Positions 38,841 through 51,517 of a stretch of DNA of 64,000 nucleotides are shown piece after piece. Within the stretch, counting starts at the first letter, position 1. Every line of letters begins with the position of its first letter. The DNA comes from Dipteris shenzhenensis (lineage: Eukaryota): assembly GCA_047967505.1 (NCBI GenBank), contig CM106538.1; one strand, 5' to 3'. Under the pieces are notes generated by a model. It was not told where the DNA came from. It did no database searches and worked only from the letters and a program-made list of their open reading frames with translations. A program made the position numbers and the translations under genes.

Positions 38841-40885
38841 GATGAGGACTGGTAGGCTGCGAACAACTGTCTGCTCGCGGCTGAGGTCGATGAAGAGGCT
38901 GAAGTTTCGGAATGAAGGCGCTGACGCTTTTGTGAGGGTTTGGAGGGGGAGGTAGGGTCATCCTGCCCGTTCTTCAGAACTTTTAGCAAAGGCATGAGGC
39001 CTTTGGTGCCATGGACAAACGCTTTCTCGAGCCAACTTGAAATCTCTGAAGTAGTCATCCTGTAGAAGGCGCGAAGTTTTTGAGGAGTCCAGGCTCTGAC
39101 ATCCTGGGGGAGGGGCCACAACAGTGGGGGCCTGAGGATCACAATCAATCTGAAACGCTTGGTGGCGCATCGCCACTGTAGGCGCACGTCACCCTCGGAC
39201 CACTGAGTCTTGAGAAGCTATCCACCCGACGGGCCTATCTAGGAGAAAATCTGAGCGTGCGTCTGCTCTCTGAGAGCCTCCCAAACCGAGTCATCTGTCC
39301 AAGTCTCGGTGCCGTCGCTGAGAAAGGTGAATGCAACAAAGCTGGGGCCATCCCTCGGGGCCAAGGCTGCGATCTTCCCATCCGCCCCTTTACGGAGCAG
39401 GAAGATACTGATGTCGAGGCAAGCAGGGAAGGTCCCGAGGTCGGCCACATCCAAGTAATCCCAGGGACTAGATCTGTAGAAGTCGCGGGGAAGCTCTCTC
39501 TCCTGGAGCTGAGGCCTGCCAGAGTCTGCAACTGAGGGGGTCGGGCTAGCAGGCAGGGAAGACTGCTCCAGGGGTGGTGCAGACTCAGGATGGCCTGCCT
39601 GGGGTGGGGAAGGGGAAGGAGGCTAAGGGGTAGGCAACTCAGACTCCACGGAAGCGGCTAGCGGGGGGGCGGAGGAGGGGGAGTGGGGGCTGCCCGCAGG
39701 TGAGGAACCATCGGTGCAGCTGACACTGCAGAAGAGCTGAGAGGGACGGGGGAGGGGGGATGGGGCTGGAGCTGGGACTAGGGCTGAAGAGGAGGAGGAG
39801 GGGGCTGAAGAGGAAGAGGCGGGGGCTGATGCTTCGGGTCGGGAAGAGGGGGCTATGGCTGGGGTAGGGGCTGGGGCTGAGTGGAAGGGAGCTGGGGATC
39901 GGAAGAGAGGGGGACCTGAGGCTGCGGAGGGCAGGCTACAGACGAAGAAGAAGCTCTCCCAGGACCCTGGGGCAGCTGCCTGTTAGGTCTCTGAGGCGCT
40001 GCTGCAGGTTGGGTAGCCTCTGCCTCCTTGCCTTTGTCAGAAGTCTTCTTATTCTTTCCTCTTTTCCTTCTGACCTCGGTTCAGCCGCCAGCCACCTCTG
40101 GACCGAACTCCGGCCGCCTCTGCTCTTCCTGACGTGGCTGCCCAGAGGGAGGGGGAGGGGGTTGAGGGGGGGGGTGGGGGGGGCCGAGAGGAATTGGAGA
40201 AGCATGGACAAGTAGCAGCCAGGTGCCCAAAGCTATGACACCTCAGGCACTGGCCTGGCTGTCCTGTAACTACCATGCTCTGACTAATGTTGCCAGCATC
40301 TATCATGATCTCAATCACTGCAGGGAGGGACACAGGGTTTGCCACAGCCACACGGACTCTGGGAGCTCCTGCCGCAGTAACCGCGTCGACGAAAGTGTCA
40401 TGCATCACCCAGCCAAAGTGGGAACCCAGGTCCCTGACTATCGGCCGCAACTCAGCAGCAAGGCCTGGAAATACTAGCGTCACTGGATGGCGAGGTATGC
40501 AGAAATGAGCATCAAAGTCCACTACGTTGAATCCTCGGTACCAAGGGACTATCATGATGATCTTTCCATCCACCGATGTGGGGGAACCAGCTATCAGGTT
40601 GCTTGCAGCTTTCGCAGTGGAGAGTTTAAGCCAGAAGATGCCCCTTCCCATAAGGGCCACCTCCTCGATGTGGCTATCCTCTAGCATAAGCGTGGATTGC
40701 AGCCAATCCCTGATGGCTGGTTTGGAAGGGGAATGTCCGATGACTCTGCCATAGACTGAGGTGTGGGCAAAGTCATTGGCAACCTGTTGTACCCGGGACG
40801 ATTGTTGCTCTGTCAAGATCACGCGGTAGGCTTCTGGAGAGGGGGGGTCCGGCTGGGCCTCCGGTTCCGGGTAGGGAGCCGCCAT
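38837..40885 (-). pseudogene. LINE ORF1 (RRM-like region, CCHC knuckle, Pro-rich linker)
   Basis: MAAPYP start, MGRGIFWLKL, CLRCHSFGHLAATC; upstream of ORF2. Confidence 0.8.
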
Positions 40886-40979
40886 ACCGTCAAGACAAAC
40901 TGTGAGAACTCCGATGAGGAAGAGGCTGCCACCAAAAAGGGTAAGGAGTTAGACGAGGGTGGAGCCTGGGTGTGGATGA

Positions 40980-41445
40980 GGAGTCGGCGAGCGAGGCGAG
41001 GGCGAGGGCAAACAGAGGCCGGAGGATGGAGGCGAGGGTGGAGGGTCAAGGCGAGGGTGTGGCGAGGTGGAGGAAGGGGCGGCGGCGAGATTGGCGAGGT
41101 GAGGTGGGCACGGTGAGGTGGGCGAGATGAGGGCGAGGCGAGGCGGGTGAGGCAGGCGCGGCGAGGTGGGTAAGGCGAGGCGGGCGAGTTGAGGTGGCGA
41201 GGTGAGGCGGGCGAGGTGAGGCGGTGGTGCGGGCGAGGTGAGGCGGGCACGGCGAGGCGAGCGAGGTGAGGCGAGGGTGGGCTAGGCAGGTGAGGTAGCC
41301 GAAGCGAGGGCGAAGGCGAGGTGGGGGGAGGGCACAAGGCGAGGCGAGGGGAGGGCGCAAGGCGAGGTGAGGGCGGGCGAGGCAAGCTCGCAAGCAAGGC
41401 AGGCGAGGGAAGTAGGGAGGTAGGCTATGGCGAGGGAGGGAGGCT
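40980..41445. repeat. (GAGGC/GAGGT)n low-complexity tract in LINE 5' UTR
   Basis: Degenerate pentamer repeats. Confidence 0.9.
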
Positions 41446-41559
41446 CATAGGAGCCCAAGAGTTCCTATTTTGTTCCCATGTTATTATACATGTTACGTGA
41501 TGCTTTCCATCAGTTTATGCAAGTTCAGTGTGAATTTGAGTGGTCAAATGATGTTTTTT

Positions 41560-41712
41560 CACCGCGCGGCAGAAGGCAAATGTGTTCGGCATCGTGCGGG
41601 GAGCCCAAAAATGGCAACCAAGTCAAACAGGCCCCATACGTGCCATAGCAAGTTTTGCCATTTTTGGGCTCCCCACGTGATGCCAAACACATTTGCCTTC
41701 TGTCGCGCAGTG
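41560..41712. repeat. 153-bp hairpin / inverted repeat
   Basis: ~58-bp arms CAC(C/T)GCGCG...CCCAAAAATGGCAA, few mismatches (all transitions), ~37-bp loop; no clear TSD. Confidence 0.9.
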
Positions 41713-41936
41713 AGATTCTTATTGGATTGCTAAAAAATGACCATTATAGCGCAAATATTTATCTGATCGCATGCTTTTGAACAAAATAGTGAATGAAAAT
41801 ATTAATGCCAACAAAAATTAAAGTTACAAAATACAATGATAGTATAAAATAAATTTTGTAAAAGAACACAAAATGGGGCACTGTATAAAAAGTATAGTTG
41901 TATTCATATAAAATAAATTTTCTATACAATAAGGCT

Positions 41937-42921
41937 TCAGAGCCTTTCTCTCTTCTCTAAAACACTAAGAACATTGGGCTTTGAATTCCCAAATACACTC
42001 CTAGCTCTAAACCTAGTCGATAGAGAGTCATTGCTATTTTCATTGCTGGCCAGGGACATGGCTGCTGCCATCAATGCCATACCTTGAAAATTGGTTCCAA
42101 AGGCATTGAGGGTAGCCATGCAGTTCACCAAAATGACCTTGTCAGCATTGCGATTGATGTCAGCATGACCAATCACTCTCGACAAGGCCTTGCACTTTAG
42201 GAGGTCATCAATGCCATGTGGAGAAATCTTTTTGTGGATAACCACAAAGCACCCTTTTGCTTGGCCAAGGTAATGTGCCAGTGAGTGATCTCGACCGAAG
42301 CTACTGCGAACAAGGTGTTGCCGAGATGAGAATAGGTTGACTCAAATGCCTCCTGCAATAGTCCAACATTACATTAGAATTCCATTAAAGCAGAAGTATA
42401 CTAAGAGAGAAGAAATTCAAACCTCATAGTTTCTTACCACTATGGAGTCATCATGCTCAATCCCTTCCTCTTTGTCAATGAGGATGGATCCAGAGGCCTC
42501 CTACTATCTGGAGTGAAATAAAGGTCATTTCCTAGGATAGGAACCTATTTCCTGTGTTTTTGATGACTCCATATGCTAGGAGGTCATCAGTGTCCACCTC
42601 CCTAAACCCTAGGGGTGTGAGCTGGGCTCAAAAGCGATATAAACGCTTCACGAACCTGGGTTCTTGATTGCACAAGTACTTCAAATAATCAATTGGGACT
42701 CATCTTTTTGTAGACTCATCAAGTTGAGATGCAAAACTCGCGATGTAGTCTTGCATGTACTTGATGAGGTCTTCAAAATCATCTCGGGCTCCCAAGCTCG
42801 CTCCCAAGTAGGTGCCTAGGACATATATGCTCTTATCAAAGACTGGAAACAACTCCTCCTCTCTATCAATTAATGGAGTATGGGAGATGAAATCGTGGAA
42901 GGCAGACCTAGCAGAATCCAT
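41937..42921 (-). pseudogene. Uncharacterised gene remnant(s)
   Basis: Same-strand protein-like ORFs (42700-42921, 41937-42245) with a plausible GT-AG intron near 42352-42437; no motif recognised. Confidence 0.35.
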
Positions 42922-43154
42922 GGTAGTTTGGTAGCTAGGAGAACTATGGCTATGATAGTGAAACTTTGAAACTAAAGTAACTTTATAACCTATATATACC
43001 CAAATGTTCTAAATATAAAAAATAAAAAGAATTATAAAATTTTTGGGAAAAACTTGACATTGACATGAAACAAAACCATTCAAAACATCAAAATTAATTG
43101 CACCACTATTAATTGGAAAATGTCAAAATCCACAATTGTTCCACCTCACATTTT

Positions 43155-45012
43155 CTAGACAATCTTCAATATCCCAAGAGGGATAAAAGTGGCACTATGC
43201 ATGAGCTTCTCTACATGCTTTCCTACCTTTTCACCATTTAAGATAAAGTGAAAGGACTCAGAAATGCCATCCTCCATGACCAATAGGTGTTCCTGCACGT
43301 CCTTGAGAGTCCACTGTGACATGACAGTCACATTCTTAACATCTCCTAAATGAGAACCAATACATAAACTTACCCCTGTATTATCATCATTGTTAGAGTC
43401 AAGGGGGAGCCAACTGTCACCTGTTTTCTTCCAACACCTATATTGGAAAGCAAAATATAACATTTGGCAGGAGATGTGGTACTTGGCAACCACATTGTCC
43501 TTACATACATGGCATTGAAATAGATCACCCTTTTGTTCACCTGACCTGCTTCCCCAATTCACCCCAAGCAATTCCTCAACGGTATTCTCATGTAGGCACT
43601 TGCATGACCACATGTTTTTTGTTCTATGCATCTAGATATTATGAAAACATAAGAAAAAATGTGCAGAGGCATAAACCAAGACAACCTTACCCATTTAGAT
43701 CCAAATGTAAACTTCATGGCTATGCCCACATCCTTTGCAATCTTTTTCTTGTATGATTGCATTGTTCTTGTGTCCACCATGCTGCAATCCATGTCTTCAA
43801 GTTGTGGTGTTGTAATGCATTGAAGATGGACATAGCCTGATGCCGTCCTTGGAGTAATGTACTTGGCATTATACCAATAGACATTTTTTTGTTTCAAAGC
43901 AGAGGACTTCTCTCCAGCATGCATTTGCCTTCCTAAATCCTCATGAATGGTAGTAAACTTACCTAAGAAGCACTCGACTGGTTCCCACTCCTCAAAGTCT
44001 GAAGGAAGTACATCTGCTATGCATAAGTGCTATTTTAAAATACAATTTCAAACTGACTCATTACATTGGTTCTATTTCAAAATACAATTTCAAGCTGACT
44101 CACTACACTTCAAAATTTTACACAAAATGCAGACTTACAATGCGATGGTATTGTCAATTGATTGCTTGATGGAGAAAGGCACATGTCCTTCCCCATGTAA
44201 ATGTGTTGCACCTTTGCAAGCAATCCTTTCTTCCCAAGGTTGGACTTCATGATGCGGCCCTTCAATTCATGCAAAAGATCGCCTCTTTTGCTCTTTGGAA
44301 GCTTATGTGGACCCTTGGCAGATCCTCTCATGAATATCCAATCATTTAAGCTGTAGGTGCAAGGCACCCATTCACCAAGTGGATTTTTGCTCCTATGGGA
44401 CACAAAGTACATGTATGGTCTCCTTACCATGCTTGTACAGAGGTCACAATAGCAAGTGCAGCTTGGAGGGAGAGAGCAGCTTCAATAGAGGGAGAGAGAG
44501 GGAGAAGGTATAGAGGGTGCAACTAAAGCTTGAGAGAAGCTTCAAGAGGTGTTGTATCTAAGAATGGAGGGAGAAAGAGTAGAGGGGGATGAGTAGCTAC
44601 TCCAGGAGGTGTTGTAGCTAGGAATGGAGGGAAAAAGAGAAGAGGGGGATGAGCAGCCACTACAGGAGGTACTGTAGCTAGGAATGGAGGAAGAAAGAGC
44701 AGAGGGGGATAAGCAGCTACTACTATAATAGGAGGTGCTATAGCTAGGAGTGGAGAGAGAATGAGCAGCTGCTACAGGAGGTGCTGGAGAGGGAGAAACA
44801 TAGTGGACCAGAGTAGGAGGGGGAAGAGAAGATGCCAAATGCATTCCCACATTTGAAAAATGGAGGGAGAATAGAGCTGGACCAGAGAAGAGGAAGGGAC
44901 AGGTCTGTAACAAGCTGAGAGGGGGGGGAAATTCGCCTAGAAGGGCCCACCGCCTCTTAAATGACTTGTAGGTTTGTTTGGGGGAGGTGCATATGGGAGA
45001 AGGGTCAAGCAT
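43155..45012 (-). pseudogene. Putative Ser/Pro-rich + BAH + ubiquitin-like domain gene, spliced
   Basis: YSLNDWIFMR...LAKVQHIY...SDFEEWEPVECFLGKF...YWYNAKY resembles the BAH pattern; C-terminal VTVMSQWTLKDVQEHL...FHFILNGEKV looks beta-grasp; GTAAG donors near 44135 and 43688. Confidence 0.5.
44547..44790. repeat. ~60-bp tandem repeat, about 4 units
   Basis: Units AGGTGTTGTAGCTAGGAATGGAGGG...GAGGGGGATGAGCAGC; read as Ser/Pro repeats on the minus strand. Confidence 0.85.
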
Positions 45013-45430
45013 GGGTTGAGGGGGGGGATGGTTTGAGTGGTCCTCGATGTAAGAGGAGTAGCCAATAGGGGCTATTTGTAGGTCTGCCCACCCTCCACCT
45101 CAACATGGCATTGCCCCACAAAAAGGAGCACTCCCATTGGTACACGTCAAATACCTCACTAATCCCTTGAAATTAGGAAACACTAATTGGGGACCCTTTG
45201 GAGACCCCAATTCTCCCCTAATGATGGCCACATTGGTGCAACCTATCAAAGGAAAAGAAAGAAACAAAATAGAAAATATTAATACTACAAGGGCCAAAGT
45301 TCCAAAGGCTACTTTCACAAAAAGACAACGTTCCTCCGTTCAAAAAATACAGGTAAAAGATAAAGAGGACACAATTGCAAAGGCTACTTTGACAAAAAGG
45401 CAATGTTCCTCAGCTCAGAATGACAAAATA

Positions 45431-47563
45431 TGAAGAGGGGAGAGGAGAAGATTAGAGATGAGGAGAGAGGGCACAGCTAGAGAGCACACCACAAATGACT
45501 AACTGTACACTAGATTTAGTTGAAAAAAAAGAATATATACAAACCCTTTTAGGGTTAGGGTTAGGGGATCTAACCCTTTCCTTTATAGCACTCTATAAGG
45601 TTAGTGCTATGCACATATGATCACGTGATGGTGCTATGCACACAAGATCACATGATGTTGAGCATGAACTCTCAACACCTTCCCTCAAGATCAACATCAT
45701 GAAGTAGGTCTTCCCTCAAGATGATGATTTTGGGAAATCGAAGAAGGACTGAGCATTACATTCCATCACACCCCTTTAATGGGAATTTTGTTCCTCTGCA
45801 TCAAACCAAGAGCTAGTCGGTGTTTCTCGAATAGCTCTTTACCGAGTGGTTTGGTAAAGATGTTTGCAAAATTTTCTTTGCTATCACAATGCTGCAGTGT
45901 GATGTCACCAAGTAACACTCTTTCTCTGATGAAGTGCTCTCTGACATCAATGTGCTTTGTCTTGGAGTGACATACTGGATTTCTGGCCAATGCTTGAGCC
46001 GATTAATTATCACATTATATTGTTGTTGGCTTTCATTCATCAAAGTAATCGATTTTTGTCAATAGTCTTCAGAGCCATATAGCCTCACATGCACCTGTAG
46101 TGAGTGCCCTATATTCTGCTTCAATCTAAGACAAAGAAACAGTTGGTTGTTTGTTTGACAACCATGATATAGCACCTTGACCAAGGAAAAATGCATATCC
46201 CTGTGTCGATCTCCTGGTCTCATGATCTTCAGCATAGTCACTATCACAATATCCATGCAACCATGATGACTTCCTCTATATTCTATCCCAAACTGTCTTG
46301 TACCTCTTATGTATCTCAAGACTCTTTTGGATGCATTCCAATGAGACTGCCATAAACTGTGCTAATGAGCTTACTGCATAACAAATATCTGGCCATGTGA
46401 TTGCCAGATATATAAGAGATCCAATGAGCTACCTGTAGTATTTGTCATTGACTGTAGGCTTTTTTGAATCTTTAGTAAGTTTCAAACTCTGTTCTATGGG
46501 AGTGGCTGCAATCTTGCAATCTGTCATATGAAACTTCTTCAGGAGACTGTCAACATACTTGAGCTGACTCATGAATGTGCTATCAGAATCTCTCCAAAAC
46601 TCAATTCTAAGACAATAGTGCATAAGTCCAAGATCTTTCATGTTGAACTCTACAGATAAGTCTTGTTTCAATTTTCTGATGAAGCTATCCTTGCTTCCTG
46701 TCACAATCAAATCATCTACATACAAAAGTGCAATAGTAATGTCTTCCCCTTGAACTTTGTAGTAGAGAGTATGATCTGCATTGGACTTCATGTATCCCAA
46801 ATTAGTAAAATACTTGTCAATTCTATTGAACCAACTTCTGGGTGCTTGCTTTAAGCCGTAGAGACTTTTGTTGAGATGGAAAACCTTATTCTCCTTTCCT
46901 AGTTCCACATAACGTGCTGGTTGTTGCGTGTAGACCTCCTCATCTAGGTAACCGTTGAGAAATGTATTCTTGACATCGAGCTGATACACATTCCACTTGG
47001 TGACTGTCGCTAGTGATATCAAGAACCGTATGGAATCCATCTTTGCTACTGGAGCATAAGTCTCATCATAGTCTTGACCATATTGTTGTAAAAATCCTTT
47101 TGCAACTAGTTTGGCTTTGTATCTTTGAATACTTCCATCTGGATTGTACTTCACTTTGTATACCCATTTGTTTGCTATGGCCTTCTTTCCTGGTGGAAGG
47201 TTGCATAATTCCCAAGTATTATTCTTATACAAAGCATCCATTTCTTTATTCATAGCAGTTTGCCATTCTGGCTTGTCTACTGCATCTTCAAAGTACACTG
47301 GCTCTTCTGTAGCCATGATGGTAGTCATAAGACCATAGTTGGTGGTTTCCACCTGAATTGCTTTGCATTTCTGAGCATATATCAATCTGGCTAGTGGTCT
47401 TCTTTCCTTAGTAGACCGTTTGAGCTACTATGGCTTTGCTTGGGGTGTTGCTGGCAATTCTTGCTCTTCTTCATCAACATGTTCTATAGATGACTGTGAA
47501 GTCGATGCTTCTATCTCCTATGTAGATGAGGTTTTCCATTCTAATTCCTCATCAAAGATTACC
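45431..47563 (-). mobile_element. Copia family E copy E1 (RT, RNase H, 3' LTR)
   Basis: [33 protein letters not shown] from 45677 to about 45431 (outer end inferred). Confidence 0.88.
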
Positions 47564-49997
47564 TGTTGAGATATCAAGCTCCACTCGTGATATGCCAGGG
47601 TGATCGTTGTGCATATATATCATCGACTTGTTAGCTGCAGATGCGGTTGGTACACCACCCACAAATAATAGCTGGATGACAGCTAGCCTTATCTACTCTA
47701 GTTCGTGGCTCAGTTAGTATGCCACCTTAGTTAGCTGAGTTTGGTTTGAGACCCACATATAGGGTTCTTCTATTTTCTTTGTACTAGAGTTCTTTTGGCT
47801 TTCACAACTAAGAAGAGGAAAACTATTTTCAGCCTCCACCTTTGTGTGTATTCTCCCATTGCATATGTGAGAAAGCCACAAGTGAGACTCCTTCCCTCTC
47901 TCCCACTATCTTCACATGGTATCAGAGCCTGGTTCGTGGTAAGGAGCTCAAGAAAGCAAACCAAGTTTGCGGTGTCTTGGTAAGAGGACCAGTGTTGCTT
48001 TCCTTTTTCGAGTTTGGGAGCAAATCTCTGTAGGTAGCACAGCTGGAAAGTGCAAGAGTGCACTGTCTCAGATTGAGACACCCTTCGCGGTGTGGCGAGA
48101 GGGCAGTATATGCTGTGGGATGGGAGCGAAGCCCTCGGTGACTTTATTTTTCTGATTCGAGGCCATTTTGGGGCTCGTTTTGAAGACGGAAGTTCTTCGC
48201 AGGCACTCAGAAAAAGGCCCTATTTTTTGCTATGCGACCACTGCTCTGCAGGTCGATGAAAAGTTGCCAATGCCTGTGCACAAAGATCTTGGGAGTTGCA
48301 GACTCATCCTTGTTGCCTGTTGATGCAAAATCGTCACTACGAAGTGACTGTGTGGTCAAATACCACTTTTGTCAGTGTTGCAGATCTACCCGTGTGAGGC
48401 AAAAGCTGTGTTTTTTGCAGTGACAGAATATTTTGCAGTGTTCTATAATGGCTTCTAATTCTCTTTCATAGATTGTCACTAAAAAGCTTGACAAGAACAA
48501 CTTCCAGGCAGGGAAGCTTAGAATGATGAATTTCCTTATGGGAAAAGGCTATTGGGAGTTCATTACAGGAAATGAAGAAGAACCAATTCTTCCTAATGTT
48601 CCCAATCAACAGGAAATGCAAGCATTTAAAGGATGGCATGAGAGAACCAGAAAAGTTATGTACTTGCTTTCTATCAGTATTTCGGATTCTATGACTGTGC
48701 ATATTCAAGATGCAAGTATGCCAAAGGAGGCATGGGATATTTTGGCAAAAATGTATAGCACAAATATGCAAGCCAGGAAAATGCAGCTCAAGTAGGAGTT
48801 GCACATTGTGCAGAGAGAAAATATGAGCATCAATGACTACCACATGAAGGTGAAGAAAATTGCAGATGCACTTGCTTCCATTGGGTCGCCAGTGGAAGAT
48901 GATGATCTAGTTTCTATGACCTTGAATGGTCTAGGAAAGGATTATGCATAGTTTCGGACATCCATTTCCGTCCGTGAAAAATTTCCTGATTTTGAGGAGT
49001 TGTTTGCTCTTCCAATTTCTGAAGAGCAGAGAAATGGTGGTGCATCTTCTTCAAGAGGAACTTCAAAAGAAATTGTCTTCTACTCAAATGCTAGAAGAGG
49101 TAGAGGCAGAGGTAGAGGAAGCCGATCTGGAGGCCGTGGGGGAGCCAAAGAGGTCATGGTGGATGGTAGAGAGGCCAAAATGCAAACAGCAATGTTGAAT
49201 GCTACTATTGTGGTAAAATGGGTCATATGGCTAAAGATTGCTACAAAAGTTAGAATGATATTATGAATGGAAAATTGTAGCAAGGCAATTATGCATCTTC
49301 TAGTAGACAGGGTGATGACAGAAATGAGCATCTATTTATGGTGCAGCACATGACCAATTCTATGACAAGTGCAGAAGAACGAAATGATGTGTGGTATGTT
49401 GACTCAGGTGCGTCAAAACACATGACAGGTCATGCAAAATGGATGCAGGATGCAAGGAAAATGGAAAAACCAGGATTTGTGGAGACTGGGTGATGATATT
49501 GCACATCCTATTGTGCAGATTGGTAAAATTCCTTTGTCTATCCAGGATGGGAAAAAGAAATACCTGTCTGATGTATTTCGTGTCCCAAACATCACCAAGA
49601 ACCTGGTTTCTGTTGGTCAAATGGTTGAGCAGGGCTTGCAGGTCAGATTTAATCCTCATGGATTGTTGAGGATATGAAAAATAATGGTCGCCTGCTAGCA
49701 AAAGAAAAGAAGAAAGGCAGGATGTTTATATTGGATGCGGACATGCCTGAATTGAGTGCAACAATGTTTGCACATGGGACCGGTGTTGCAGATATTGATA
49801 TCTGGCATAAATGCATTGGTCATGTTAATGTCCAGCGACTTAAATCAATGCTGGCCCAAAATATTGTTGTAGGATTGCCTAAATTCAAGGTTGCAAAAAT
49901 GCAAAAGATATGTGAAGCTTGTCAATTTGGAAAACAGGCAAGGAAACCATTTCCTAGGCATGTTCAAGAGAGCAAGAAGCCATTGGAATTAATCCAC
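47564..49997 (+). mobile_element. Copia family D copy D3, 5' half
   Basis: LTR 47564-47916, PBS 47917-47928, decayed gag/PR/IN start. Confidence 0.92.
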
Positions 49998-51517
49998 CAT
50001 GATAGACTGGGTTATTTGCCAAGTGTATACAGCTCATGTTGTCACAATAAATGACAACTGGCCCATCTGTAGACCGATGCATATCATAAAGTAGCTTATG
50101 CAACCAAGCTACCTCACATGTAGCCATTGCTGCACGCCTGTACTCAACCTCTGTGCTCGACAAGGCAACTGTAGGCTGTTTCTTACTGCTCCAAGTGACT
50201 GCAGCACTCCCAAAAGAGAACACATATCCACTGGTAAATCATCTATCAGCCCAATCAGCATCAGTGTATCCATGCAACTGTATCTGAACCCCAGCCTCAT
50301 AAAATAGTCCATACTGCAATGTGGACTTCACATACCTGAGTATGCGTCTAGCCGCATCCAAATGTGGTTTCCTTGGAGCTTCCAATCCAACATACCAATC
50401 CAACAGCAGCATAGCTCAAATCTGGCCTGGTAATAGTTATATAAATCTATCTAGTTTCCTACCACCAGTATAGATCTCCTCTAGCGTCATGCCATGTATT
50501 GCTGCAGTGGGAGTCCTGTTCATTATGTAAACTGCTGTAGCAACTGCTCCAGCCCAATAATAATCTGGTAGGTATTTTTCATTTAGCATGGCCCGAGATA
50601 CCTCTCCAATATGCCTGTTTTTCCTTTCTGCAAGTTCATTTTGCTGTGGGGTATGACTGCATGAATATTGCTGCTTTATGCCATGCTCCTGCAGGGACCT
50701 TGCAAACTCATTTGAGAGGTACTCTCCCCCTCCATCTGAACTTAGGCATTTTATTTGATGGCCTGTTTCTTTTTCAACCATAGCTTTAAAAGCTTTGAAA
50801 TGCCCAAACACTTCACTTTTCTTTTTCATAAAATACACCCAAACTTTTCTGCTGTAGTCATCAATAAAAGTGACAAAATAATGATAGCCTCTAATAGATG
50901 CAGCTTTATTAGTCCACACATCAGAGTGGATTAATTCCAATGGCTTCTTACTCTCTTGAACATGTCTAGGAAATGGTTTCCTTGCTTGTTTCCAAATTGA
51001 CAGGCTTCACATACCTTATGCATTTCTGCAACCTTGAATTTAGGCAATCCTGCAACAATATTTTGGGCCTACATCGATTTAAGTCGTTGTACATTAACAT
51101 GACCAATGCGTTTATGCCAGATATCAATATCTGCAACTACACCGGTCCCATGTGCAAACATTGCTGCACTCAATTCAGGCATGTTTGCATCCAATGTAAA
51201 CATCCAGCCCTTCTTCTTTCCTTTTGCTATTAAGTGACCGTTATTTTTCATATCCTCAACAAAGCATCCATGAGGATTAAATCTGACCTGCAAGCCCTAC
51301 TCAACCATTTGACCAACAAAAACTAGGTTCTTGGTGATATTCGGGACATGAAATATATCAGACAGATATTTCTTTTTCCCATCCTGCATAGACAAAGGAA
51401 TTTTACCAATCTGCACAATAGGATGTGCAGTATCATCACCAGTCTCCACAAATCCTGGTCTTTCCATTTTCCTTGCATCCTGCATCCATTCTACATGACC
51501 TGTCATGTGGTTTGATG
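49998..51517 (-). mobile_element. Inverted, internally deleted family D pol segment
   Basis: PR-IN (51517 to ~50450) fused directly to RT end/RNase H (~50449 to 49998). Confidence 0.9.

Larger units (their letters stand above)
34346..41460 (-). mobile_element. Full-length decayed L1-clade LINE copy 2
   Basis: Poly(A) tail as T15 at 34346-34360; ORF1, ORF2 and C-rich 5' UTR; candidate TSD core TTCCCATG at 34338-34345 and 41473-41480. Confidence 0.93.

Noticed and set aside
44547-44790. CRISPR-like array
   Set aside because: Tandem minisatellite without unique spacers, in a eukaryotic context with no cas genes.
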